A stretch of 63,894 nucleotides of DNA, counting the filler, from Acidimicrobiia bacterium (GTDB lineage Bacteria; Actinomycetota; Acidimicrobiia; Spongiisociales; JAHEDJ01), in the NCBI GenBank assembly GCA_029210695.1. It is 11 parts of 11 records of this genome, joined end to end, with 100 filler letters (N's around TTAATTAATTAA, not from the genome) between each part and the next. Parts side by side here need not be neighbours in the genome. Positions count along the whole stretch, not along the records: positions 5,528 to 22,849 come from JARGFH010000010.1; 10 more parts are not named here. The stretch is one strand, 5' to 3'. Made by a program: the position numbers and the translations under genes. Positions within the stretch are counted from its first letter, which is position 1, and each line of letters starts with the position of its first letter. This document shows positions 9,478-18,620 of this stretch, piece after piece. The notes beneath the pieces were generated by a model that was not told the origin of the DNA, searched no databases, and worked only from the letters and a program-made list of their open reading frames with translations.

Positions 9478-10800
9478 ATGGAAGTTGTGTTGACACTGGC
9501 GGGCCTGATCGTGGCAGCGGTCGTGGTTGTGCTGCTGGCCATCCGGAGCCTGATCGTCATCTGCCCGCCAAACCGAATAAGTGTGATTTCCGGGCGTTCC
9601 AGGCAGGACGGAGAGGGTACCGCCCGCGGGTACCGGATCATCCGGGGTGGGCGCACGATACGAATCCCGTTGCTGGAGAAGGTCGATTGGATGGATCTCA
9701 ATACGATCGCCATCGAGTTGTCCGTGACGAACGCCTACTCGAAGGGTTCGATCCCGCTCAACGTACAGGCCGTCGGCGATGTGAAGATCTCGAGCAGGGA
9801 AGGCGTGCTGGACAACGCAATTGAACGGTTCCTCGGTCGCCCGATCGGATACGTCCAGCAGATCGCCAAAGAGACGCTAGAAGCCAACCTGCGCGGGGTT
9901 CTCGCCACTCTCACTCCCGAAGAAGTCAACGAGGATCGGCTCAAGTTCGCCTCCGTCTTGATTGAAGAGGCCGACGACGATATGAGAATCCTGGGTCTGG
10001 ATCTCGATGTTCTCAAGATCCAGAACGTGACAGACGAAGCCGGGTACCTCGATTCGGTCGGAAGGCGGAGAACGGCTCAGGTCATCAAGGAAGCCCGGGT
10101 TGCCGAAGCCGAGCGTCAGGCAGAAGCACAGGAGAGCGAGGCCGACTCCCGCCGGCGGGCGGAGGTCGCCAGGGCCGATGCGGACCTACTGATCGTCGAG
10201 CGTGAGAACGCCCTGCGTGTGCGGACGGCCGAACTCGAAGCCGATGCCCTCATCAAGGAGGAGCAGGCCAAAGTGGCCGGTGACAAGGCACGGGCGATCG
10301 CTCAACAAGAACTCCAGCACGAGCGAATTGAACTCGAGCGGCGCCGGCTGGAGGCCGACATCGTGGCACCGGCCCGGGCGGAGAAGGAGGCCAAGGAGCT
10401 CATCGCCAAAGGTGTAGCCGCCTCGATCATCGAGGACGGCGCTGCACAGATCGACGTGTTCAGGCGCCTGGTCGAGCAGTACCAGTTGGCCGGCGAGGAT
10501 GCTCAGCAGATCTTCGTTCTGAACATGCTGCCCGACCTGGTCGACAGGATCGTCGGCACAGTCGAGGGCGTGTCCATCGATCGGGTGTCGATCATCGACT
10601 CGGGCTCCGGAGAACCGGGTATCCCCGCGGTGATGTCGCAGCTTCCGGCAGCCGTCATCAAGCTAACGGAACAAATCGAAAACGCCACCGGGGTCAACAT
10701 CCTTTCGAATCTCGGCGGGCCGCGCCGGGCCGGGTCTAGCGCCTCAACCCCGGCGGCCGCGACAGATGATGCCGGAGGCACCGGCGAACCGGTAGCCTGA
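9478..10800 (+). CDS. Flotillin/SPFH-domain protein
   Basis: GGRTIRIPLLE, ETLEANLRGVLATLTPEEVNEDR, AEA-rich coiled coil. Confidence 0.92.
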   Translation: MEVVLTLAGLIVAAVVVVLLAIRSLIVICPPNRISVISGRSRQDGEGTARGYRIIRGGRTIRIPLLEKVDWMDLNTIAIELSVTNAYSKGSIPLNVQAVGDVKISSREGVLDNAIERFLGRPIGYVQQIAKETLEANLRGVLATLTPEEVNEDRLKFASVLIEEADDDMRILGLDLDVLKIQNVTDEAGYLDSVGRRRTAQVIKEARVAEAERQAEAQESEADSRRRAEVARADADLLIVERENALRVRTAELEADALIKEEQAKVAGDKARAIAQQELQHERIELERRRLEADIVAPARAEKEAKELIAKGVAASIIEDGAAQIDVFRRLVEQYQLAGEDAQQIFVLNMLPDLVDRIVGTVEGVSIDRVSIIDSGSGEPGIPAVMSQLPAAVIKLTEQIENATGVNILSNLGGPRRAGSSASTPAAATDDAGGTGEPVA

Positions 10801-10827
10801 GGCGGGACAAGAGACACGGAGATATCG

Positions 10828-11838
10828 ATGGCGCGATTGCGCCTGTTTGCCAACCTGCGAGAACTCGCCGGAACATCTGTGGTGGAACTCGAGGCGGATA
10901 CCGTCGGGGACTTGCTCGAGAAAGCAGCCGAATCCTACGGCCTCGACTTCCGGCGAAGCATGCGACGTGCCCGTGTGTGGGTCAACGGTGAGCCGGCTGT
11001 GCCCGAGGACGCCGTCGACGACCAGGATGAAGTTGCCTTGATCCCTCCGGTTTCGGGCGGAGCCGAGACAAGTGTCATCGCCGGCATCGACTTGCACGTG
11101 TTTGCCCCCCTGGTCACAGTTGCCGTGCTGATTCTGGCCAACCTCCCTGCCACTCCAGAATGGTTCGTGACTGCGCTCGTCGCCGTCGGAGCCGTATGGG
11201 CCGTCGATCTCGTCGATTCGGCGCGAATGGCCGGCGTCGACCTGCAACTCCCTCCGCTGCTGGCGACGATTCTCGTCGGGGCTATCGCGCCGTACGGGAT
11301 GGCAGACAATACGTCGGGGGTCGTCGGACTCGGCCTGGTCGTGGTCTTCGCCCTCGTCGCAGCCTTTGTTTGGGCGATCGTGGCTCCGCAGGCTCGCGAT
11401 GTGATGGCGGTCGCCAACACGGCACTGGCTCAGGTGATCGCCGGTACCGGAATCGGATCGTTGGTGCTCACCCGCTTGTCGCCGGACGGGCGCGCACGGG
11501 TGGGGGCGTTTCTGGTCATCATCATTCTCTCGGCGGCGGCATGGTGGGCGGCCGGTAGAGGGAAAGGCATCGGGTTCCTCGATCCGTTTGCAGCCGGGGC
11601 ACTGGCGGCCGTGACGGGAGCGGTGCTGGCTGCCTGGTTGTGGAATCTCGGCATCCTCACCTTTCTGTTCGTCGGGGTCGTCGTGGCGCTCGCCTTGATC
11701 GCAGGGCGGGGATTCGGGGCGATGGTGAGGACGGGTGAGGTGTATCTGGTCGACCATCCGCCCGGTTACCTGACTTTGATCGACGGCCCGGCGCTGGCGG
11801 CGGCGGCCTTCTACCCGATACTGCAGCTCGTCTTATAG
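10828..11838 (+). CDS. MoaD/ThiS ubiquitin-like domain fused to a multi-TM CdsA-like domain
   Basis: RLFANLRELAG...VNGE...DEVALIPPVSGG followed in frame by about 8 TM helices ending PPGYLTLIDGPALAA. Confidence 0.8.
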   Translation: MARLRLFANLRELAGTSVVELEADTVGDLLEKAAESYGLDFRRSMRRARVWVNGEPAVPEDAVDDQDEVALIPPVSGGAETSVIAGIDLHVFAPLVTVAVLILANLPATPEWFVTALVAVGAVWAVDLVDSARMAGVDLQLPPLLATILVGAIAPYGMADNTSGVVGLGLVVVFALVAAFVWAIVAPQARDVMAVANTALAQVIAGTGIGSLVLTRLSPDGRARVGAFLVIIILSAAAWWAAGRGKGIGFLDPFAAGALAAVTGAVLAAWLWNLGILTFLFVGVVVALALIAGRGFGAMVRTGEVYLVDHPPGYLTLIDGPALAAAAFYPILQLVL

Positions 11839-11868
11839 TCGCGAGTCGCGGGTTGCTGGTGGTGGGCC

Positions 11869-12249
11869 TCACACGGCCAGAGTGCGGCCGATCGCTAGGC
11901 CGGCAATGGCGGCGGCCAGGCCGGCAACCACCGCCACCACGACGTTGACGACGCCCGCGCCGATCCGCCCGGTTCCCACCAGATCCATCGATTCGACCAT
12001 CCATGTGCTGAAGGTGGTGTATCCGCCGAGGAGCCCAACAGTGAGGCCCGTACGCACCGCGCTGTTGTCCGTGACGTGGTCTCCGAAGAACCCGACCAGG
12101 ATGCCGAGCGCCAGCGCGCCGGTCACGTTGACGGCCATGGTGGCCATCCAGTAGTCCCAACCTTCCCTGCGTCCCAGGAGTGAGCCAACGGCATAGCGGG
12201 CCATCGAGCCGATGGCCCCACCGAGACCAACGGCGAAGAAGGTACGCAT
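11869..12249 (-). CDS. crcB: Fluoride channel Fluc/CrcB
   Basis: GGAIGSMARY, TMAVNVTG, GLLGGYTTFST. Confidence 0.92.
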   Translation of the reverse strand: MRTFFAVGLGGAIGSMARYAVGSLLGRREGWDYWMATMAVNVTGALALGILVGFFGDHVTDNSAVRTGLTVGLLGGYTTFSTWMVESMDLVGTGRIGAGVVNVVVAVVAGLAAAIAGLAIGRTLAV

Positions 12250-12335
12250 TGCGGCGGCGAGGATAGCGGCAGTGGGGTGGCGAGGGATACACGCTCGCTC
12301 TTGGCCACCGGAGGCGAGACCACTACGTTGACGGG

Positions 12336-13346
12336 ATGCGCCGAGTGTTGTGGCCGATCGTTGCGACCTTCCTGACCGCTTCATGCAGCGGCGGCGGCAT
12401 AGGATCCTCCGACGCGACGGCGCAGTCCGGGGCATCCACCACCACGACGGCCGTTGTATCGAGCCTCCAGACGACCCCGATCCCATCATCGACCCTGTCG
12501 ACGGTTTCGACCTTGTCGACGGTTTCGACCTTGTCGACGGTTTCGGCCTTGTCGGCGACCCCCACCACTCCTCTCGACAGAAACGGCGCAGCCGGGCGCA
12601 TGGAGGATGACCTCGCCGGACTCGTCGCGTTCGGGGTACGCGAAGCGGGGTCGGCCGAGGAAGCCATGGCCGCGGCGTTTCTGAGCGAGTCGCTGGAAAG
12701 TGCCGGCGTCATCGTTGAACTGAGGGAGGTTCCGCTTCCCACCGGAAACACCTCACTCAACGTGATCGCACGCTTTGGCACCGGCGATCGGCACGTCCTG
12801 CTCGGGGCTCACTACGATTCGAAGCCGCCCTCCCCGGGCGCCGACGACAACGGCAGCGGAACCGTGGTACTGCTCGAGCTGGCGCGGCGCCTGGCCGAAT
12901 CGCCTCCGCCGGATCAGCGCGTGACCGTGGTCTTCTTCGGAGCCGAAGAAGTTCTCATCGGCTATGAACGCACCGTTCACCATTTCGGCTCGCGGCTGTT
13001 GGCCGGGCAAATGGAAGAGAGTGGCGACCTTCCCGACCTCATGGTCTCCGCCGACATGATCGGAGTCGGTTCGCGCATCCTCGCCGCCACCTACCTCGAC
13101 TCGGATCCGAGGGCCGCCGAGCTCATTGTTGAGGCGGCAGCTGCGCTGGGAATCAGCGTTGTGCGTGACCAGAGGGGTGATATTTCCGATCACGAGGCCT
13201 TCGCCCGAGCCGGGGTGCCGTCCGTGTTTCTGTGGCGTCTCGATAACCCCGACTATCACGCGGCGAGTGACCTCGAGGTTCGCACTGGGGTTCTCCTCGA
13301 GGATCTGGCGATCCTGGAGGCCTTCCTCGATCTGGCCGGCCATTAG
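12336..13346 (+). CDS. M28 family peptidase, lipoprotein
   Basis: Lipobox LTASC; GAHYDS, GADDNGSG, AEE, SDH, YH; STLSTV repeats in the linker. Confidence 0.88.
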   Translation: MRRVLWPIVATFLTASCSGGGIGSSDATAQSGASTTTTAVVSSLQTTPIPSSTLSTVSTLSTVSTLSTVSALSATPTTPLDRNGAAGRMEDDLAGLVAFGVREAGSAEEAMAAAFLSESLESAGVIVELREVPLPTGNTSLNVIARFGTGDRHVLLGAHYDSKPPSPGADDNGSGTVVLLELARRLAESPPPDQRVTVVFFGAEEVLIGYERTVHHFGSRLLAGQMEESGDLPDLMVSADMIGVGSRILAATYLDSDPRAAELIVEAAAALGISVVRDQRGDISDHEAFARAGVPSVFLWRLDNPDYHAASDLEVRTGVLLEDLAILEAFLDLAGH

Positions 13347-13412
13347 CGACTAGCGACCGCGACCGGCGTACATCCTTCCGGTTCTACCGACCGGAAGGTA
13401 CCCTGGATACAC

Positions 13413-14516
13413 ATGTTGCGCTCTGTGGCAGCGCGAACGCTGCTTGCCCTGCTTCTCCTCGCTTCGCTGCTGCTCAGCGCGGCGCCGGCTGCCTCGATCA
13501 CGAAGAACGAGGTCGACGAGGCGTGTGCCGAATCACAGACTGCCAAGGCTGTGCTCGACGAGGCGCAAGCGCAGCTGGATGCCGCCACGGCGGCCCATCA
13601 GGAGGCCTACTGGCAACGGGACGACATCTCCTACAAGCAACTCGGGTTACGGGCCACCATCGATGATCATGTCGATGAAATCGACGAGATCCGCGTCCGG
13701 GTCGTCGAGCGGGCCGTCGACATGTATATGGCGGGCGGGTCGGTGCAACCCGGTATGTTGTTCAATGCCGATTCGGTAGAGGACGTGATCACCGGTCAGG
13801 CGTATCTAGACGCCGCCACCAAAGATGACGTCGTTGCTCTCGAACGACTTCAGGCATTGAAGGGGACGCTCGACGGACTCCAGGCGCAGTTCGTGACCCA
13901 GAAGGAAGAGCTCGACATCATCGAGGCAGAGCTGGCCGCCATCGCGCAGAGTCAGCTCGAACTGGTCGGACAAGTGACGACTGCGTTCAATGAGCTCGAT
14001 GGTGAGTGCCGGGCCGCTCGTCAGGAATACGAACGCCAGCTCGCCGTTGAGAGGGCGCTCAAGGCGGCCCGGGCCGGCGGCGGCGGCGGCGGCATCGGAG
14101 CCGAGGCAACTCCCGGATTCATCTGCCCGATGCCCGCCCCCGTGTCGTTCATAAACGATTGGGGATTCCCACGCTCGGGCGGAAGGACCCACAAGGGCAC
14201 GGATGTCTTCGCCGCCTACGGTCACACGGTGGTGGCGGTTGCGAACGGGACCGTCCGGCTCCGCTCCGGCGGATTGGGTGGAACCTCGATCTGGCTCGAC
14301 TCCGACTACGGAGTGAGCTTCTACTACGCTCACCTCAGTGGATACGCTCCCGGGATCACCGACGGGGTGAGGGTCTCGATCGGTCAAGAGATCGCCTACA
14401 ACGGTGACACGGGTAACGCCCGCGGTGGCGCCCCGCACGTGCATTTTCAGATTCACCCGGGGGGCAGCTCACGGCCGGCAGTGAACCCGTATCCGACTTT
14501 GTCTAGGAATTGTTGA
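13413..14516 (+). CDS. M23 peptidoglycan endopeptidase with N-terminal coiled coil
   Basis: Signal peptide; HKGTD, YAHL, PHVHF, VNPYP. Confidence 0.9.
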   Translation: MLRSVAARTLLALLLLASLLLSAAPAASITKNEVDEACAESQTAKAVLDEAQAQLDAATAAHQEAYWQRDDISYKQLGLRATIDDHVDEIDEIRVRVVERAVDMYMAGGSVQPGMLFNADSVEDVITGQAYLDAATKDDVVALERLQALKGTLDGLQAQFVTQKEELDIIEAELAAIAQSQLELVGQVTTAFNELDGECRAARQEYERQLAVERALKAARAGGGGGGIGAEATPGFICPMPAPVSFINDWGFPRSGGRTHKGTDVFAAYGHTVVAVANGTVRLRSGGLGGTSIWLDSDYGVSFYYAHLSGYAPGITDGVRVSIGQEIAYNGDTGNARGGAPHVHFQIHPGGSSRPAVNPYPTLSRNC

Positions 14517-14526
14517 GAGGAGTGAG

Positions 14527-15060
14527 GTGAACGGAGAGCATCGCAGACGGATCGACAAGATCCTCGACGACGAATTCCTGGCCGGGTTTGAGAGCGCCGA
14601 TCTCGACTCGATTCGTGAGTTGCGGCAGATGACCGACGAGGTCGAAACGGAGCTTTCTTACTACCGGAGACTCCTACACGGTCGAATGGATCTTCTGGCG
14701 TTCGAGCTCCGCCGCCGGTCCGGTGAAGAGACTCGTTCTCTCATCGAGGCCCTCCCTGAGATTCTCGGATCGGGAGAACGGACCGGGCCGCTCGGCCGCG
14801 TCCCCGCCATCTTCTCCCCCGACTTACCCGACGAGCGACATCGCCCGGTCGACAAGGTGCTGGGTGATGATTTCCTCACGCGTATGCCGGACCTGAGCGA
14901 AGAGGAACTCCATGAGATGCAGGGACTCCTCGCCGAGACCGAGGAGTCGATCTCGGTTCAGCGCCAGAACGTTCAAAAGGTGTTCGACGAGATTCAGGCC
15001 GAGATCACCCGTCGATACAAGGACGGCGTGATCGACGGCGTCGATCTTCTCGCCGACTGA
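14527..15060 (+). CDS. rsiG: RsiG (AmfC)-family c-di-GMP-binding anti-sigma factor
   Basis: Two E-x3-S-x2-R-x3-(Q/H)-x3-D motifs: ETELSYYRRLLHGRMD and EESISVQRQNVQKVFD. Confidence 0.85.
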   Translation: MNGEHRRRIDKILDDEFLAGFESADLDSIRELRQMTDEVETELSYYRRLLHGRMDLLAFELRRRSGEETRSLIEALPEILGSGERTGPLGRVPAIFSPDLPDERHRPVDKVLGDDFLTRMPDLSEEELHEMQGLLAETEESISVQRQNVQKVFDEIQAEITRRYKDGVIDGVDLLAD

Positions 15061-15066
15061 TCAGGG

Positions 15067-16005
15067 ATGATCGCCAGGGTCGTACGATCGGGGGTCGTTG
15101 AGGCAACCCACGATGGCGCGGTAGCGGCCGTTGATCGGCAAGGCGGTTTGCTGGCGGCATCCGGCGAGATCGACAGACGGTTCTTTGCCCGGTCCGCCGT
15201 GAAACCGTTCCAGACCTACACGTCCCTTCAGTATGGGGGAGATATGTCCCCCGAACTCGTGGCGGTGGCCACCGCCAGCCACGGCGGCGATCCGGTACAT
15301 GTCGCCATCACCCGTTCCATCCTGTCCGACGCCGGACTCGACGAGTCCCACCTGCGGTGCCCGCCCGCCTGGCCGCTCTCTCCCGAGGCCGCCCGCCGGG
15401 TTGCCGGCGCGCCGGGCCCGCAACGCATCTGGCACAATTGCTCCGGGAAACACGCGGCCATGCTGCGTGCTTGCGCAGCGCGAGGCTGGCCGATCGAGTC
15501 GTACCTGGATCCGGAGAGCCCCATTCAGCAAGCCAACTTCGCATTGATCGCCGAGGTTACGGGAGAAGACCCGGGACCGGTCGGAGTGGACGGTTGCGGG
15601 GCGCCGGTCTTTCGGGTTTCCACCATCGGTCTGGCGCGGGCGTTTGCCGTTCTCGCCTCCGATTCCCGGCTGGCGGAGATATGGACGGCGATGCACCGAT
15701 TCCCGATGCTCGCCTCGGGAATCGACGGGGCAGACGCGGCCATCGGCCGGTCGATTGATGCGGCAGCCAAACGCGGTGCCGAAGGCCTCCTCGGAGTCGC
15801 CATCCGCAACCAGATGGGCGTGGCGGTGAAGGTGTGGGATGGCGCTAAGCGAGGCGCCGGTGTGGCAATGATCGCCGCTCTCGATCAACTTGGCGCGCTG
15901 GTCGGGACGGCGCCCGACCATCTGGCAGAGCTGGCGCGACCGCCCGTGCTGGGCGGCGGCTCACCGGTCGGGCATATGGAACCTACGCTGCAGCTCACTC
16001 GATGA
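15067..16005 (+). CDS. Rhizobium etli-type asparaginase (Asparaginase_II family)
   Basis: RSAVKPFQ, ASHGG, NCSGKH, DGCGAP, KRGAEG. Confidence 0.88.
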   Translation: MIARVVRSGVVEATHDGAVAAVDRQGGLLAASGEIDRRFFARSAVKPFQTYTSLQYGGDMSPELVAVATASHGGDPVHVAITRSILSDAGLDESHLRCPPAWPLSPEAARRVAGAPGPQRIWHNCSGKHAAMLRACAARGWPIESYLDPESPIQQANFALIAEVTGEDPGPVGVDGCGAPVFRVSTIGLARAFAVLASDSRLAEIWTAMHRFPMLASGIDGADAAIGRSIDAAAKRGAEGLLGVAIRNQMGVAVKVWDGAKRGAGVAMIAALDQLGALVGTAPDHLAELARPPVLGGGSPVGHMEPTLQLTR

Positions 16006-16916
16006 TCACGCACACGGACTGGACGAGTAGGGGATTCTCACTGGCGCCGGTTGCCAACGCTGTCGGACCGTTCGCCGGGCCCGACTTCCTCGCCACCCTG
16101 TGGAACAACACGCAGGCTGAAGGAGAGCAGCTGGTTATCGCCGAGTCCACCGACGCACTGACTGTGCTGACCATCGTGAACGACACCCTCGGATTCGTCG
16201 GCCATCGGGATCTTGTCGACTATCGCAGTCCGCTTGGTCCCGGATCCGGCGACCTGATCGGGGAGGTGGTGCGGTCTCTTCCTTCCGGCACCCGGATCGT
16301 CCTCGACTCGTTGCCTAGTGAGGCCGCCCATCCGCTGGCGGCCGGCCTCCGCCGGGCGGGCATCGGCGTTGCCCCAACGGTGCACGACGTGGCGGCCGTA
16401 CTCGCGTTGCCGCCCACCTTTGATGAGTATCTGACCTCGATCGGAAAGAAGGACAGACACGAGTTGCGCAGAAAGCGCCGTCGCTTTGAGATGGAAGAGG
16501 GTCCGTTCTCTCTGCAGAGGGCGATCGCTGATGGCACCATCTTCAAGCGATTCGTCGAATTTCATCGTCGTTCTGAAGGCGAGAAAGGCAGATTCATGAC
16601 GCCCGGTATGGAGCAGCTCTTCTCAGCGTTGCTCGAGTTGCCCGGCTGGGGGGTAGACGCGCTATTGACCGGTACCGGTGAGGTCGCCGCAGCTGCGTTC
16701 GGGTATGCAGACGAAGACGGCTACTACCTCTACAACTCTGCGTTCGATCCTGCTCTGCGCCAGGTCGCCCCTGGACAGGTGTTGCTCGGCGCGATGATCG
16801 AGCAGGCGATCGGATCAGGGCACAGGATCTTCGACTTCCTGAAAGGCAACGAGGCATACAAGTTCCGGCTCGGCGCAGTCGAGCGGCCGCTCCTTGAAAT
16901 TGCGGTGGTCACGTGA
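16002..16916 (+). CDS. GNAT-superfamily acetyltransferase (BcsL/CelD-like)
   Basis: FDEYL...ELRRKRRR, YLYNSAFDP, PGQVLL, FDFLKGNEAYKFRLG. Confidence 0.8.
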   Translation: MITHTDWTSRGFSLAPVANAVGPFAGPDFLATLWNNTQAEGEQLVIAESTDALTVLTIVNDTLGFVGHRDLVDYRSPLGPGSGDLIGEVVRSLPSGTRIVLDSLPSEAAHPLAAGLRRAGIGVAPTVHDVAAVLALPPTFDEYLTSIGKKDRHELRRKRRRFEMEEGPFSLQRAIADGTIFKRFVEFHRRSEGEKGRFMTPGMEQLFSALLELPGWGVDALLTGTGEVAAAAFGYADEDGYYLYNSAFDPALRQVAPGQVLLGAMIEQAIGSGHRIFDFLKGNEAYKFRLGAVERPLLEIAVVT

Positions 16917-18118
16917 TCTCGAAGGTCGCCTTCCTGAGCTTTCATACCTGTCCTCTGGTCCCGCCCGGATCGGGTGACGCGGGTGGCATGAACGTCTACA
17001 TCAACGAACTGGCCTCGATGATGGTGTCGCGAGGAGTCGAAGTAGACGTGTTCACCCGGCGGACCGGTGTCGAAGACCTGGGCATCGTGGAGGCTCCCGG
17101 TGGCTACCGGGTGGTGCACGTCACCGCCGGGCCGCTCGAGCCGCTTCCGAAGCTGGCCGGGGCTCTCCACCTGTCGACGTTCGCGGCGGCCGTCGCCGAT
17201 TTCGGAGTCGCCTACGATCTCGTACATTCCCACTACTGGTTATCCGGTTGGGCGGGGTTGATCCTCAAACGCCGCCTCGGGATTCCGCTGGCCAACTCAT
17301 TCCATACCCTTGGAAGGGTGAAAGATGCGACGAGGCGCGCGGATGAACCACCGGAGAGTCTCCTACGGATCGCCGCCGAACACGATGTGCTGGCCGGCTC
17401 GGATTGCGTGATTGCATCAACGCCGATCGAAGCTGAAGACCTCCTCGCTCATTACGGCGCGGATCCGACCCGTTTGTGCATCTCGCCACCCGGGGTCAAT
17501 CACGACATCTTCGCTCCTGGTGACCGGCGTGAGCGGCGCGCAGAACTGGACCTTCCGCGCGATACGCCGGTCGTGTTGTTTGTGGGACGGGTACAGCCGC
17601 TCAAGGGCATCGATGTGGCCGTCGATGCGTTCGCCCGGATCCGACATCAGCATCCCGAGGCGAGATTGGTGGTCGTTGGGGGGCCGAGCGGGACACAGGG
17701 TCAATCCGAGTTCCGCCTGGTGCGGGCATCGGTTGAGGAAGCCGGCCTGGCCGGGAGCGTGGACTTCCGCGACCCGGTCGGGCATCCGGCTCTGGCCGGT
17801 TATTACCAGGCGGCCGATGTTCTCCTGGTTCCATCGCGAAGCGAATCGTTTGGACTCGTGGCGGTCGAGGCGCAGGCGTGTGGGCTCCCGGTGGTTGCCG
17901 CCAACGTCGGCGGACTCGCCTACGCGGTCGCAGACGGCGAGTCGGGCTACCTCATCGACGGTTGGAACCCGGCCGATTACGCCGCTGCGATCAACACGGT
18001 CCTGGACGATCGGGAGTTGGCCCTGCGGCTCTCCAAAGGTGGGATAGAACACGCCGACCTGTTCTCGTGGGAGGCGACGGCCAACCGGTTTTTCGAGCTC
18101 TACGACGGCATCCTCTGA
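16913..18118 (+). CDS. mshA: D-inositol-3-phosphate glycosyltransferase (mycothiol pathway)
   Basis: GDAGGMNVY, HSHYWLSG, HTLGRVK, GRVQPLKG, SESFGLVAVEAQACG. Confidence 0.8.
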   Translation: MISKVAFLSFHTCPLVPPGSGDAGGMNVYINELASMMVSRGVEVDVFTRRTGVEDLGIVEAPGGYRVVHVTAGPLEPLPKLAGALHLSTFAAAVADFGVAYDLVHSHYWLSGWAGLILKRRLGIPLANSFHTLGRVKDATRRADEPPESLLRIAAEHDVLAGSDCVIASTPIEAEDLLAHYGADPTRLCISPPGVNHDIFAPGDRRERRAELDLPRDTPVVLFVGRVQPLKGIDVAVDAFARIRHQHPEARLVVVGGPSGTQGQSEFRLVRASVEEAGLAGSVDFRDPVGHPALAGYYQAADVLLVPSRSESFGLVAVEAQACGLPVVAANVGGLAYAVADGESGYLIDGWNPADYAAAINTVLDDRELALRLSKGGIEHADLFSWEATANRFFELYDGIL

Positions 18119-18244
18119 TCTCCGCCGGCCGGTCTCGACTTCTGGTGACGGGCGATGGGCAACAGGCCCAAGTTGCCGCTAGATAACGGCCGTGTCCTGG
18201 TCGCTCGTCGCGCCGAGATTGCGCGAAAAATCTGCTTCAGAAAC

Positions 18245-18301
18245 TTGTCGACAGGGGCTTGTGCACAAGCCCCTGTGGAAACCTGTGGATTCTGTGGATA
18301 A
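18245..18301. promoter_or_regulatory. Cluster of about 5 DnaA boxes
   Basis: TTGTCGACA, TTGTGCACA, TGTGGAAAC, TGTGGATTC and perfect TGTGGATAA (18293-18301); 26-bp palindrome at 18251-18276. Confidence 0.7.
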
Positions 18302-18426
18302 CCAGGGTTTGTCCCGTCGATTAGCAGCGAATAGAAGCAGGTAGCACTAACCACATGGTTCGGGAATGCGAAAAACGCCACTCGCAGTGGGGTTGACGGG
18401 GGGCAGAATCACTCGTAGTTTCGGAG

Positions 18427-18514
18427 TGCAAAGCCCAAGGTGCTACGGCCGTGGTGCGACCTGTCAGGGGAAGTGCGGGGAGCGTCCGGTCGGGTTCCTT
18501 GGGCTTTGTGTTTT
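18427..18514 (+). ncRNA. Candidate small structured RNA
   Basis: Promoter TTGACG-N17-TAGTTT (18393-18421); 13-bp closing stem GCAAAGCCCAAGG/CCTTGGGCTTTGT followed by a T-tract. Confidence 0.6.
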
Positions 18515-18595
18515 CTAGTCGCGAGTCGCGGGTTTCCAGTCGCGGGTAGCGGGTTTCTAGTCGCGAGTTGCGGGTTTCTAGTCGCGGGTCGCGAG
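18512..18595. repeat. Tandem heptamer array, 12 units
   Basis: tttctag/tcgcgag/tcgcggg/tagcggg units in a 7-nt register. Confidence 0.85.
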
Positions 18596-18620
18596 TCCCT
18601 CCAGTCGGCAAGGGCGCGGC

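Noticed and set aside
12250..12335. Fluoride riboswitch upstream of crcB
   Set aside because: No GGCGATGG...CTGATG motif; the gene appears to have little or no leader
12489..12545. 18-nt tandem repeat in the M28 gene
   Set aside because: In-frame Ser/Thr linker expansion; ordinary
18245..18301. oriC
   Set aside because: No dnaA/dnaN nearby and no AT-rich unwinding element
18427..18514. SRP RNA
   Set aside because: Lacks the conserved CAGG..GGAA..AGCA domain IV arrangement
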